The notes under the pieces: model-generated
Database searches by the model: none
Told to the model about the DNA's origin: nothing
Seen by the model: only the letters and a program-made list of their open reading frames with translations
Translations under genes and position numbers: made by a program
Shown here: piece by piece, positions 22,022-37,000 of the stretch
Numbering within the stretch: position 1 is the stretch's first letter
Layout: each line of letters opens with the position of its first letter
Assembly (NCBI GenBank): GCA_030390025.1
Contig: JASTWF010000349.1
Location: 1-64,000, forward strand
Reading direction: 5' to 3'
Length of the DNA: 64,000 nucleotides
DNA from: Squalus acanthias
Taxonomy: Eukaryota

Positions 22022-25000
22022 TGTCCCCACATTGACCCGTCTCTGGGAGGGTCTGGTTTCACAGTAACTGTCCCCACACTGACCCGTGTCTGGGAGGGTC
22101 TGGTTTCACAGTAACTGTCCCCACATTGACCCGTCTCTGGGAGGAGGGTCTGGTTTCACAGTAACTGTCCTCACACTGACCCGTCTCTGGGAGGAGGGTC
22201 TGGTTTCACAGTAACTGTCCCCACACTGACCCGTCTCTGGGAGGAGGGTCTGGTTTCACAGTAACTGTCCTCACACTGACCCGTCTCTGGGAGGGTCTGG
22301 TTTCACAGTAACTGTCCCCACACTGACCCGTCTCTGGGAGGGTCTGGTTTCACATTAACTGTTCCCACACTGACCCGTCTCTGGGAGGGTCTGGTTTCAC
22401 AGTAACTGTCCCCACACTGACCCGTCTCTGGGAGGAGGGTCTGGTTTCACAGTAACTGTCCCCACACTGACCCGTCTCTGGGAGGGTCTGGTTTCACAGT
22501 AACTGTCCCCACACTGACCCGTCTCTGGGAGGAGGGTCTGGTTTCACAGTAACTGTCCCCACACTGACCCGTCTCTGGGAGGGTCTGGTTTCACAGTAAC
22601 TGTCCCCACACTGACCCGTCTCTGGGAGGAGGGTCTGGTTTCACAGTAACTGTCCTCACACTGACCCGTCTCTGGGAGGGTCTGGTTTCACAGTAACTGT
22701 CCCCACACTGACCCGTCTCTGGGAGGGTCTGGTTTCACAGTAACTGTCCCCACACTGACCCGTCTCTGGGAGGAGGGTCTGGTTTCACAGTAACTGTCCC
22801 CACACTGACCCGTCTCTGGGAGGGTCTGGTTTCACAGTAACTGTCCCCACACTGACCCGTCTCTGGGAGGAGGGTCTGGTTTCACAGTAACTGTCCCCAC
22901 ACTGACCCGTCTCTGGGAGGACGGTCTGGTTTCACAGTAACTGTCCTCACACTGAACCGTCTCTGGGAGGAGGGTCTGGTGTCACAGTAACTGTCCCCAC
23001 ACTGACCCGTCTCTGGGAGGACGGTCTGGTTTCACAGTAACTGTCCCCACACTGACCCGTCTCTGGGAGGGTCTGGTTTCACAGTAACTGTCCCCACACT
23101 GACCCGTCTCTGGGAGGAGGGTCTGGTTTCACAGTAACTGTCCCCACACTGACCCGTCTCTGGGAGGGTCTGGTTTCACAGTAACTGTCCTCACACTGAC
23201 CCGTCTCTGGGAGGAGGGTCTGGTTTCACAGTAACTGTCCCCACACTGACCCGTCTCTGGGAGGAGGGTCTGGTTTCACAGTAACTGTCCCCACACTGAC
23301 CCGTCTCTGGAGGAGGGTCTGGTTTCACAGTAACTGTCCTCACACTGACCCGTCTCTGGGAGGAGGGTCTGGTTTCACAGTAACTGTCCCCACACTGACC
23401 CGTCTCTGGGAGGGTCTGGTTTCACAGTAACTGTCCTCACACTGACCCGTCTCTGGGAGGAGGGTCTGGTTTCACAGTAACTGTCCCCACACTGACCCGT
23501 CTCTGGGAGGGTCTGGTTTCACAGTAACTGTCCTCACACTGACCCGTCTCTGGGAGGGTCTGGTTTCACAGTAACTGTCCTCACACTGACCCGTCTCTGG
23601 GAGGAGGGTCTGGTTTCACAGTAACTGTCCCCACACTGACCCGTCTCTGGGAGGAGGGTCTGGTTTCACAGTAACTGTCCTCACTGACCCGTCTCTGGGA
23701 GGAGGGTCTGGTTTCACAGTAACTGTCCCCACACTGACCCGTCTCTGGGAGGAGGGTCTGGTTTCACAGTAACTGTCCTCACACTGACCCGTCTCTGGGA
23801 GGAGGGTCTGGTTTCACAGTAACTGTCCTCACACTGACCTGTCTCTGGGTGGGTCTGGTTTCACAGTAACTGTCCTCACACTGACCCGTCTCTGGGAGGA
23901 GGGTCTGGTTTCACAGTCATTGTCCCCACACTGACCCGTCTCTTGGAGGGTCTGGTTTCACAGTAATTGTCCCCACACTGACCCGTCTCTGGGAGGAGGG
24001 TCTGGTTTCAAAGTAACTGTCCTCACACTGACCCGTCTCTGGGAGGAGGGTCTGGTTTCACAGTAACTGTCCCCACACTGACCCGTCTCTGGGAGGAGGG
24101 TCTGGTTTCACAGTAACTGTCCTCACACTGACCCGTCTCTGGGAGGGTCTGGTTTCACAGTAACTGTCCCCACACTGACCCGTCTCTGGGAGGGTCTGGT
24201 TTCACAGTAACTGTCCTCACACTGACCCGTCTCTGGGAGGAGGGTCTGGTTTCACAGTAACTGTCCTCAGACTGACCCGTCTCTGGGAGGGTCTGGTTTC
24301 ACAGTAACTGTCCCCACACTGACCCGTCTCTGGGAGGGTCTGGTTTCACAGTAATTGTCCTCACACTGACCCGTCTCTGGGAGGGTCTGGTTTCACAGTA
24401 ACTGTCCCCACACTGACCCGTCTCTGGGACGAGGGTCTGGTTTCACAGTAACTGTCCCCACACTGACCCGTCTCTGGGAGGGTCTGGTTTCACAGTAATT
24501 GTCCTCACACTGACCCGTCTCTGGGAGGAGGGTCTGGTTTCACAGTCACTGTCCCCACACTGACCCGTCTCTGGGAGGAGGCTCTGGTTTCACAGTAACT
24601 GTCGTCACACTGACCCGTCTCTGGGACGGTCTGGTTTCACAGTAACTGTCCTCACACTGACCCGTCTCTTGGAGGAGGGTCTGGTTTCACAGTCACTGTC
24701 GCCACACTGACCCGTCTCTGGGAGGAGGGTCTGGTTTCACAGTAACTGTCCTCACACTGACCCGTCTCTGGGAGGAGGGTCTGTTTTCACAGTCACTGTC
24801 CTCACACTGACCCGTCTCTGGGATGGTCTGGTTTCACAGTAACTGTCCCCACACTGACCCATCTCTGGGAGGAGGGTCTGGTTTCACAGTAACTGTCCCC
24901 ACACTGACCCGTCTCTGGGAGGAGGGTCTGGTTTCACAGTAACTGTCCCCACACTGACCCGTCTCTGGGAGGAGGGTCTGGTTTCACAGTAACTGTCCCC

Positions 25001-28000
25001 ACATTGACCCGTCTCTGGGAGGGTCTGGTTTCACAGTAACTGTCCTCACACTGACCCGTCTCTGGGAGGAGGGTCTGGTTTCGCAGTAACTGTCCTCACA
25101 TTGACCCGTCTCTGGGAGGGTCTGGTTTCACAGCAAATGTCCTCACACTGACCCGTCTCTGGGAGGAGGGTCTGGTTTCACAGTAAATTTCCCCACACTG
25201 ACCCGTCTCTGGGAGGTGGGTCTGGTTTCACATTAACTGTCCCCACACTGACCCGTCTCTGGGAGGAGGGTCTGGTTTCACAGTAAATGTCCCCACACTG
25301 ACCCGTCTCTGGGAGGAGGGTCTGGTTTCACATTAACTGTCCCCACACTGACCCGTCTCTGGGAGGGTCTGGTTTCACAGTAACTGTCCTCACACTGACC
25401 CGTCTCTGGGAGGAGGGTCTGGTTTCACATTAACTGTCCTCACACTGACCCGTCTCTGGGAGGACGGTCTGGTTTCACAGTCACTGTCCCCACACTGACC
25501 CGTCTCTGGGAGGAGGGCCTGGTTTCACAGTAACTGTCCCCACACTGACCCGTCTCTTGGAGGGTCTGGTTTCACAGTAACTGTCCTCACACTGACCTGT
25601 CTCTGGGAGGAGGGTCTGGTTTCACAGTAACTGTCCTCACACTGACCCGTCTCTGGGAGGAGGGTCTGGTTTCACAGTATCTGTCCTCACACTGACCCGT
25701 GTCTGGGAGGGTCTGGTTTCACAGTAACTGTCCTCACACTGACCCGTCTCTGGGAGGAGGGTCTGGTTTCACAGTAACTGTCCCCACACTGACCCGTCTC
25801 TGGGAGGGTCTGGTTTCACAGTAACTGTCCTCACACTGACCCGTCTCTGGGAGGAGGGTCTGGTTTCACAGTAACTGTCCCCACACTGACCCGTCTCTGG
25901 GAGGAGGGTCTGGTTTCACAGTAACTGTCCCCACACTGACCCGTCTCTGGGAGGAGGGTCTGGTTTCACAGTAACTGTCCTCACACTGACCCGTCTCTGG
26001 GAGGAGGGTCTGGTTTCACAGTAACTGTCCTCACACTGACCCGTCTCTTGGAGGAGGGTCTGTTTTCACAGTCACTGTCCTCACACTGACCCGTCTCTGG
26101 GATGGTCTGGTTTCACAGTAACTGTCCCCACACTGACCCGTCTCTGGGAGGAGGGTCTGGTTTCACAGTAACTGTCCTCACACTGACCCGTCTCTGGGAG
26201 GAGGGTCTGGTTTCACAGTAACTGTCCTCACACTGACCCGTCTCTGGGAGGAGGGTCTGGTTTCACAGTCACTGTCCTCACACTGACCCGTCTCTGGGAT
26301 GGTCTGGTTTCACAGTAACTGTCCCCACACTGACCCATCTCTGGGAGGAGGGTCTGGTTTCACAGTAACTGTCCTCACACTGACCCGTCTCTGGGAGGAG
26401 GGTCTGGTTTCACAGTCACTGTCCTCACACTGACCCGTCTCTGGGATGGTCTGGTTTCACAGTAACTGTCCCCACACTGACCCATCTCTGGGAGGAGGGT
26501 CTGGTTTCACAGTAACTGTCCTCACACTGACCCGTCTCTGGGAGGGTCTGGTTTCACAGTAATTGTCCTCACACTGACCCGTCTCTGGAGGGTCTGGTTT
26601 CACAGTAACTGTCCCCACACTGACCCGTCTCTGGGAGGGTCTGGTTTCACAGTAACTGTCCTCACACTGACCCGTCTCTGGGAGGGTCTGGTTTCACAGT
26701 AACTGTCCCCACACTGACCCGTCTCTGGGAGGGTCTGGTTTCACAGTAACTGTCCTCACACTGACCCGTCTCTGGGAGGGTCTGGTTTCACAGTAACTGT
26801 CCCCACACTGACCCGTCTCTGGGAGGAGGGTCTGGTTTCACAGTAACTGTCCCCACACTGACCCGTCTCTGGGAGGGTCTGGTTTCACAGTAACTGTCCT
26901 CACACTGACCCGTCTCTGGGAGGGTCTGGTTTCACAGTAACTGTCCCCACACTGACCCGTCTCTGGGAGGAGGGTCTGGTTTCACAGTAACTGTCCTCAC
27001 ACTGACCCATCTCTGGGAGGAGGGTCTGGTTTCACAGTAACTGTCCTCACACTGACCCGTCTCTGGGAGGAGGGTCTGGTTTCACAGAAACTGTCCTCAC
27101 ACTGACCCGTATCTGGGAGGAGGGTCTGGTTTCACAGTAACTCCCCACACTGACCCGTCTCTGGGAGGGTCTGGTTTCACAGTAACTGTCCCCACACTGA
27201 CCCGTCTCTGGGAGGAGGGTCTGGTTTCACAGTAACTGTCCCCACATTGACCCGTCTCTGGGAGGAGGGTCTGGTTTCACAGTAACTGTCCCCACACTGA
27301 CCCGTCTCTGGGAGGAGGGTCTGGTTTCACAGTAACTGTCCCCACACTGACCCGTCTCTGGGAGGAGGGTCTGGTTTCACAGTAACTGTCCCCACACTGA
27401 CCCGTCTCTGGGAGGTGGGTCTGGTTTCACAGTAACTGTCCTCACACTGACCCGTCTCTGGGAGGAGGGTCTGGTTTCACAGTAACTGTCCTCACACTGA
27501 CCCGTCTCTGGGAGGGTCTGGTTTTACAGTCACTGTCCTCACACTGACCCGTCTCTGGGAGGAGGGTCTGGTTTCACAGTCACTGTCCCCACACTGACCC
27601 GTCTCTGGGAAGAGGGTCTGGTTTCACAGTAACTGTCCTCACACTGACCCGTCTCTGGGAGGAGGGTCTGGTTTCACAGTAACTGTCCTCACACTGACCC
27701 GTCTCTTGGAGGAGGGTCTGGTTTCACAGTCACTGTCCCCACACTGACCCGTCTCTGGGAGGAGGCTCTGGTTTCACAGTAACTGTCGTCACACTGACCC
27801 GTCTCTGGGACGGTCTGGTTTCACAGTAACTGTCCTCACACTGACCCGTCTCTGGGAGGAGGCTCTGGTTTCACAGTAACTGTCGTCACACTGACCCGTC
27901 TCTGGGAGGAGGGTCTGGTTTCACAGTAACTGTCCCTACACTGACCCGTCTCTGGGAGGAGGGTCTGGTTTCACAGTAACTGTCCCCACACTGACCCGTC

Positions 28001-31000
28001 TCTGGGAGGTTCTGGTTTCACAGTAACTGTCCCCACGCTGACCCGTCTCTGGGAGGAGGGTCTGGTTTCACAGTAACTGTCCCCACACTGACCTGTCTCT
28101 GGGAGGAGGGTCTGGTTTCACAGTAACTGTCCCCACACTGACCCGTCTCTGGGAGGAGGGTCTGGTTCCACAGTAACTGTCCTCACACTGACCCGTCTCT
28201 GGGAGGGTCTGGTTTCACAGTAACTGTCCTCACACTGACCCGTCTCTGGGAGGAGGGTCTGGTTTCACAGTAACTGTCCCCACACTGACCCGTCTCTGGG
28301 AGGATGGTCTGGTTTCACAGTAACTGTCCCCACACTGACCCGTCTCTGGGAGGAGGGTCTGGTTTCACAGAAACTGTCCTCACACTGACCCGTCTCTGGA
28401 GGAGGGTCTGGTTTCACAGTAACTGTCCCCACACTGACCCGTCTCTGGGAGGATGGTCTGGTTTCACAGTAACTGTCCCCACACTGACCCGTCTCTGGGA
28501 GGAGGGTCTGGTTTCACAGTAACTGTCCCCACGCTGACCCGTCTCTGGGAGGAGGGTCTGGTTTCACAGTAACTGTCCTCACACTGACCCGTCTCTTGGA
28601 GGAGGGTCTGGTTTCACAGTCACTGTCGCCACACTGACCCGTCTCTGGGAGGAGGGTCTGGTTTCACAGTAACTGTCCTCACACTGACCCGTCTCTTGGA
28701 GGAGGGTCTGTTTTCACAGTCACTGTCCTCACACTGACCCGTCTCTGGGAGGAGGGTCTGGTTTCACAGTAACTGTCCCCACACTGACCCGTCTCTGGGA
28801 GGAGGGTCTGGTTTCACAGTAACTGTCCTCACACTGACCCGTCTCTTGGAGGAGGGTCTGGTTTCACAGTCACTGTCCTCACACTGACCCGTCTCTTGGA
28901 GGAGGGTCTGTTTTCACAGTCACTGTCCTCACACTGACCCGTCTCTGGGATGGTCTGGTTTCACAGTAACTGTCCCCACACTGACCCGTCTCTGGGAGGA
29001 GGGTCTGGTTTCACATTAACTGTCCTCACACTGACCCATCTCTGGGAGGAGGGTCTGTTTCACAGTAACTGTCCCCACACTGACCTGTCTCTGGGAGGAG
29101 GGTCTGGTTTCACAGTAACTGTCCCCACACTGACCCGTCTCCTGGAGGGTCTGGTTTCACAGTAACTGTCCCCACATTGACCCGTCTCTGGGAGGGTCTG
29201 GTTTCACAGTAACTGTCCTCACACTGACCCGTCTCTGGGAGGAGGGTCTGGTTTCACAGTAACTGTCCCCACATTGACCCGTCTCTGGGAGGGTCTGGTT
29301 TCACAGCAAATGTCCTCACACTGACCCGTCTCTGGGAGGAGGGTCTGGTTTCACAGTAAATGTCCCCACACTGACCCGTCTCTGGGAGGGTCTGGTTTCA
29401 CAGTAACTGTCCTCACACTGACCCGTCTCTGGGAGGAGGGTCTGGTTTCACATTAACTGTCCTCACACTGACCCGTCTCTGGGAGGAGGGTCTGGTTTCA
29501 CAGTCACTGTCCCCACACTGACCCGTCTCTGGGAGGAGGGTCTGGTTTCACAGTAACTGTCCCCACACTGACCCGTCTCTGGGAGGAGGGCCTGGTTTCA
29601 CAGTAACTGTCCCCACACTGACCCGTCTCTTGGAGGGTCTGGTTTCACAGTAACTGTCCCCACACTGACCCGTCTCTGGGAGGAGGGTCTGGTTTCACAG
29701 TAACTGTCCCCACACTGACCCGTCTCTGGGAGGAGGGCCTGGTTTCACAGTAACTGTCCCCACACTGACCCGTCTCTTGGAGGGTCTGGTTTCACAGTAA
29801 CTGTCCTCACACTGACCCGTCTCTGGGAGGAGGGTCTGGTTTCACAGTAACTGTCCCCACACTGACCCGTCTCTGGGAGGAGGGCCTGGTTTCACAGTAA
29901 CTGTCCCCACACTGACCCGTCTCTTGGAGGGTCTGGTTTCACAGTAACTGTCCTCACACTGACCCGTCTCTGGGAGGGTCTGGTTTCACAGTAACTGTCC
30001 TCACACTGACCCGTCTCTGGGAGGGTCTGGTTTCACAGTAACTGTCCCCACACTGACCCGTCTCTGGGAGGAGGGTCTGGTTTCACAGTAACTGTCCTCA
30101 CACTGACCCGTCTCTGGGAGGAGGGTCTGGTTTCACAGTAACTGTCCCCACACTGACCCGTCTCCTGGAGGGTCTGGTTTCACAGTAACTGTCCCCACAC
30201 TGACCCGTCTCTGGGAGGGTCTGGTTTCACAGTAACTGTCCCCACACTGACCCGTCTCTGGGAGGGTCTGGTTTCACAGTAACTGTCCTCACACTGACCT
30301 GTCTCTGGGAGGGTCTGGTTTCACAGTAACTGTCCCCACACTGACCCGTCTCTGGGAGGGTCTGGTTTCACAGTAACTGTCCTCACACTGACCCGTCTCT
30401 GGGAGGAGGGTCTGGTTTCACAGTAACTGTCCTCACACTGACCCGTGTCTGGGAGGGTCTGGTTTCACAGTAACTGTCCCCGCACTGACCCGTCTCTGGG
30501 AGGAGGGTCTGGTTTCATAGTCACTGTCCTCACATTGACCCGTCTCTGGGAGGAGGGTCTGGTTTCACAGTAACTGTCCCCACACTGACCCGTCTCTGGC
30601 AGGGTCTGGTTCCACAGTAACTGTCCCCACACTGACCCGTCTCTGGGAGGAGGGTCTGGTTTCACATTAACTGTCTTCACACTGACCCGTCTCTGGGAGG
30701 AGGGTCTGGTTTCACAGTAACTGTCCCCACACTGACCCGTCTCTGGGAGGAGGGTCTGGTTTCACAGTAACTGTCCTCACACTGACCCGTCTCTGGGAGG
30801 AGGGTCTGGTTTCACAGTAACTGTCCTCACATTGACCCGTCTCTGGGAGGAGGGTCTGGTTTCACAGTAACTGTCCCCACACTGACCCGTCTCTGGGAGG
30901 AGGGTCTGGTTTCACATTAACTGTCTTCACACTGACCCGTCTCTGAGAGGAGGGTCTGGTTTCACAGTAACTGTCCCCACACTGACCCGTCTCTGGGAGG

Positions 31001-34000
31001 AGGGTCTGGTTTCACAGTAACTGTCCTCACACTGACCCGTCTCTGGGAGGAGGGTCTGGTTTCACAGTAACTGTCCCCGCACTGACCCGTCTCTGGGAGG
31101 AGGGTCTGGTTTCACAGTAACTGTCCCCACACTGACCCGTCTCTGGCAGGGTCTGGTTCCACAGTAACTGTCCCCACACTGACCCGTCTCTGGAGGGTCT
31201 GGTTTCACAGTCACTGTCCTCACACTGACCCGTCTCTGGGAGGAGGGTCTGGTTTCACAGTAACTGTCCCCACACTGACCCGTCTCTGGGAGGGTCTGGT
31301 TTCACAGTAACTGTCCTCACACTGACCCGTCTCTGGGAGGAGGGTCTGGTTTCACAGTAACTGTCCTCACACTGACCCGTCTCTGGGAGGGTCTGGTTTC
31401 ACAGTAACTGTCCCCACACTGACCCGTCTCTGGCAGGGTCTGGTTCCACAGTAACTGTCCCCACACTGACCCGTCTCTGGGAGGGTCTGGTTTCACAGTC
31501 ACTGTCCTCACACTGACCCGTCTCTGGGAGGAGGGTCTGGTTTCACAGTAACTGTCCCCACACTGACCCGTCTCTGGGAGGGTCTGGTTTCACAGTAACT
31601 GTCCCCACACTGACCCGTCTCTGGGAGGAGGGTCTGGTTTCACAGTAACTGTCCTCACACTGACCCGTCTCTGGGAGGGTCTGGTTTCACAGTAACTGTC
31701 CTCACACTGACCCGTCTCTTGGAGGAGGGTCTGGTTTCACAGTAACTGTCCCCACACTGACCCGTCTCTGGGATGGTCTGGTTTCACAGTAACTGTCCCC
31801 ACACTGACCCATCTCTGGGAGGAGGGTCTGGTTTCACAGTAACTGTCCCCACACTGACCCGTCTCTGGGAGGAGGGTCTGGTTTCACAGTAACTGTCCCC
31901 ACACTGACCCGTCTCTGGGAGGAGGGTCTGGTTTCACAGTAACTGTCCCCACACTGACCCGTCTCTGGGAGGGTCTGGTTTCACAGTCACTGTCCTCACA
32001 CTGACCCGTCTCTGGGAGGAGGGTCTGGTTTCGCAGTAACTGTCCTCACATTGACCCGTCTCTGGGAGGAGGGTCTGGTTTCACAGCAAATGTCCTCACA
32101 CTGACCCGTCTCTGGGAGGAGGGTCTGGTTTCACAGTAAATGTCCCCACACTGACCCGTCTCTGGGAGGAGGGTCTGGTTTCACATTAACTGTCCCCACA
32201 CTGACCCGTCTCTGGGAGGGTCTGGTTTCACAGTAACTGTCCTCACACTGACCCGTCTCTGGGAGGACGGTCTGGTTTCACAGTCACTGTCCCCACACTG
32301 ACCCGTCTCTGGGAGGAGGGCCTGGTTTCACAGTAACTGTCCCCACACTGACCCGTCTCTTGGAGGGTCTGGTTTCACAGTAACTGTCCTCACACTGACC
32401 CGTCTCTGGGAGGAGGGTCTGGTTTCACAGCAAATGTCCTCACATTGACCCGTCTCTGGGAGGAGGGTCTGGTTTCACAGTAACTGTCCTCACATTGACC
32501 CGTCTCTGGGAGGAGGGTCTGGTTTCACAGCAAATGTCCTCACACTGACCCGTCTCTGGGAGGTGGGTCTGGTTTCACATTAACTGTCCCCACACTGACC
32601 CTTCTCTGGGAGGAGGGTCTGGTTTCACAGTAACTGTCCCCACACTGACCCGTCTCTGGGAGGTGGGTCTGGTTTCACATTAACTGTCCCCACACTGACC
32701 CTTCTCTGGGAGGAGGGTCTGGTTTCACAGTAACTGTCCCCACACTGACCCGTCTCTGGGAGGAGGGTCTGGTTTCACAGTAAATGTCCCCACACTGACC
32801 CGTCTCTGGGAGGAGGGTCTGGTTTCACATTAACTGTCCTCACACTGACCCGTCTCTGGGAGGACGGTCTGGTTTCACAGTCACTGTCCCCACACTGACC
32901 CGTCTCTTGGAGGGTCTGGTTTCACAGTAACTGTCCTCACACTGACCCGTCTCTGGAGGAGGGTCTGGTTTCACAGTAACTGTCCTCACACTGACCCGTC
33001 TCTGGGAGGGTCTGGTTTCACAGTCACTGTCCCCACACTGACCCGTCTCTGGGAGGAGGGTCTGGTTTCACAGTAACTGTCCTCACACTGACCCGTCTCT
33101 TGGAGGGTCTGGTTTCACAGTAACTGTCCTCACACTGACCCGTCTCTGGGAGGAGGGTCTGGTTTCACAGTAACTGTCCCCACACTGACCCGTCTCTTGG
33201 AGGGTCTGGTTTCACAGTAACTGTCCTCACACTGACCCGTCTCTGGGAGGAGGGTCTGGTTTCACAGTAACTGTCCCCACACTGACCCGTCTCTTGGAGG
33301 GTCTGGTTTCACAGTAACTGTCCTCACACTGACCCGTCTCTGGGAGGAGGGTCTGGTTTCACAGTAACTGTCCTCACACTGACCCGTCTCTGGGAGGGTC
33401 TGGTTTCACAGTAACTGTCCCCACACTGACCCGTCTCTGGGAGGGTCTGGTTTCACAGTAACTGTCCTCACACTGACCCGTCTCTGGGAGGGTCTGGTTT
33501 CACAGTAACTGTCCCCACACTGACCCGTCTCTGGGAGGGTCTGGTTTCACAGTAACTGTCCCCACATTGACCCGTCTCTGGGAGGGTCTGGTTTCACAGT
33601 AACTGTCCTCACACTGACCCGTCTCTGGGAGGAGGGTCTGGTTTCACAGTAACTGTCCTCACACTGACCCGTGTCTGGGAGGGTCTGGTTTCACAGTAAC
33701 TGTCCCCACACTGACCCGTCTCTGGGAGGAGGGTCTGGTTTCACAGTAACTGTCCCCACACTGACTCGTCTCTGGGAGGAGAGTCTGGTTTCACAGTAAC
33801 TGTCCCCACACTGACCCGTCTCTGGGAGGAGGGTCTGGTTTCACAGTAACTGTCCTCACATTGACCCGTCTCTGGGAGGGTCTGGTTTCACAGTAACTGT
33901 CCTCACACTGACCCGTCTCTGGGAGGGTCTGGTTTCACAGTAACTGTCCCCACATTGACCCGTCTCTGGGAGGAGGGTCTGGTTTCACAGTAACTGTCCT

Positions 34001-37000
34001 CACATTGACCCGTCTCTGGGACGGTCTGGTTTCACAGTAACTGTCCTCACACTGACCCGTCTCTTGGAGGAGGGTCTGGTTTCACAGTCACTGTCGCCAC
34101 ACTGACCCGTCTCTGGGAGGAGGGTCTGGTTTCACAGTAACTGTCCTCACACTGACCCGTCTCTTGGAGGAGGGTCTGGTTTCACAGTAACTGTCCCCAC
34201 ACTGACCCGTCTCTGGGAGGAGGGTCTGTTTTCACAGTCACTGTCCTCACACTGACCCGTCTCTGGGATGGTCTGGTTTCACAGTAACTGTCCCCACACT
34301 GACCCATCTCTGGGAGGAGGGTCTGGTTTCACAGTAACTGTCCCCACACTGACCCGTCTCTGGGAGGAGGGTCTGGTTTCACAGTAACTGTCCCCACACT
34401 GACCCGTCTCTGGGAGGAGGGTCTGGTTTCACAGTAACTGTCCCCACATTGACCCGTCTCTGGGAGGGTCTGGTTTCACAGTAACTGTCCTCACACTGAC
34501 CCGTCTCTGGGAGGAGGGTCTGGTTTCGCAGTAACTGTCCTCACATTGACCCGTCTCTGGGAGGGTCTGGTTTCACAGCAAATGTCCTCACACTGACCCG
34601 TCTCTGGGAGGAGGGTCTGGTTTCACAGTAAATTTCCCCACACTGACCCGTCTCTGGGAGGTGGGTCTGGTTTCACATTAACTGTCCCCACACTGACCCG
34701 TCTCTGGGAGGAGGGTCTGGTTTCACAGTAAATGTCCCCACACTGACCCGTCTCTGGGAGGAGGGTCTGGTTTCACATTAACTGTCCCCACACTGACCCG
34801 TCTCTGGGAGGGTCTGGTTTCACAGTAACTGTCCTCACACTGACCCGTCTCTGGGAGGAGGGTCTGGTTTCACATTAACTGTCCTCACACTGACCCGTCT
34901 CTGGGAGGACGGTCTGGTTTCACAGTCACTGTCCCCACACTGACCCGTCTCTGGGAGGAGGGCCTGGTTTCACAGTAACTGTCCCCACACTGACCCGTCT
35001 CTTGGAGGGTCTGGTTTCACAGTAACTGTCCTCACACTGACCTGTCTCTGGGAGGAGGGTCTGGTTTCACAGTAACTGTCCTCACACTGACCCGTCTCTG
35101 GGAGGAGGGTCTGGTTTCACAGTATCTGTCCTCACACTGACCCGTGTCTGGGAGGGTCTGGTTTCACAGTAACTGTCCTCACACTGACCCGTCTCTGGGA
35201 GGAGGGTCTGGTTTCACAGTAACTGTCCCCACACTGACCCGTCTCTGGGAGGGTCTGGTTTCACAGTAACTGTCCTCACACTGACCCGTCTCTGGGAGGA
35301 GGGTCTGGTTTCACAGTAACTGTCCCCACACTGACCCGTCTCTGGGAGGAGGGTCTGGTTTCACAGTAACTGTCCCCACACTGACCCGTCTCTGGGAGGA
35401 GGGTCTGGTTTCACAGTAACTGTCCTCACACTGACCCGTCTCTGGGAGGAGGGTCTGGTTTCACAGTAACTGTCCTCACACTGACCCGTTTCTTGGAGGA
35501 GGGTCTGTTTTCACAGTCACTGTCCTCACACTGACCCGTCTCTGGGATGGTCTGGTTTCACAGTAACTGTCCCCACACTGACCCGTCTCTGGGAGGAGGG
35601 TCTGGTTTCACAGTAACTGTCCTCACACTGACCCGTCTCTGGGAGGAGGGTCTGGTTTCACAGTAACTGTCCTCACACTGACCCGTCTCTGGGAGGAGGG
35701 TCTGGTTTCACAGTCACTGTCCTCACACTGACCCGTCTCTGGGATGGTCTGGTTTCACAGTAACTGTCCCCACACTGACCCATCTCTGGGAGGAGGGTCT
35801 GGTTTCACAGTAACTGTCCTCACACTGACCCGTCTCTGGGAGGAGGGTCTGGTTTCACAGTCACTGTCCTCACACTGACCCGTCTCTGGGATGGTCTGGT
35901 TTCACAGTAACTGTCCCCACACTGACCCATCTCTGGGAGGAGGGTCTGGTTTCACAGTAACTGTCCTCACACTGACCCGTCTCTGGGAGGGTCTGGTTTC
36001 ACAGTAATTGTCCTCACACTGACCCGTCTCTGGGAGGGTCTGGTTTCACAGTAACTGTCCCCACACTGACCCGTCTCTGGGAGGGTCTGGTTTCACAGTA
36101 ACTGTCCTCACACTGACCCGTCTCTGGGAGGGTCTGGTTTCACAGTAACTGTCCCCACACTGACCCGTCTCTGGGAGGGTCTGGTTTCACAGTAACTGTC
36201 CTCACACTGACCCGTCTCTGGGAGGGTCTGGTTTCACAGTAACTGTCCCCACACTGACCCGTCTCTGGGAGGAGGGTCTGGTTTCACAGTAACTGTCCCC
36301 ACACTGACCCGTCTCTGGGAGGGTCTGGTTTCACAGTAACTGTCCTCACACTGACCCGTCTCTGGGAGGGTCTGGTTTCACAGTAACTGTCCCCACACTG
36401 ACCCGTCTCTGGGAGGAGGGTCTGGTTTCACAGTAACTGTCCTCACACTGACCCATCTCTGGGAGGAGGGTCTGGTTTCACAGTAACTGTCCTCACACTG
36501 ACCCGTCTCTGGGAGGAGGGTCTGGTTTCACAGAAACTGTCCTCACACTGACCCGTATCTGGGAGGAGGGTCTGGTTTCACAGTAACTCCCCACACTGAC
36601 CCGTCTCTGGGAGGGTCTGGTTTCACAGTAACTGTCCCCACACTGACCCGTCTCTGGGAGGAGGGTCTGGTTTCACAGTAACTGTCCCCACATTGACCCG
36701 TCTCTGGGAGGAGGGTCTGGTTTCACAGTAACTGTCCCCACACTGACCCGTCTCTGGGAGGAGGGTCTGGTTTCACAGTAACTGTCCCCACACTGACCCG
36801 TCTCTGGGAGGAGGGTCTGGTTTCACAGTAACTGTCCCCACACTGACCCGTCTCTGGGAGGTGGGTCTGGTTTCACAGTAACTGTCCTCACACTGACCCG
36901 TCTCTGGGAGGAGGGTCTGGTTTCACAGTAACTGTCCTCACACTGACCCGTCTCTGGGAGGGTCTGGTTTTACAGTCACTGTCCTCACACTGACCCGTCT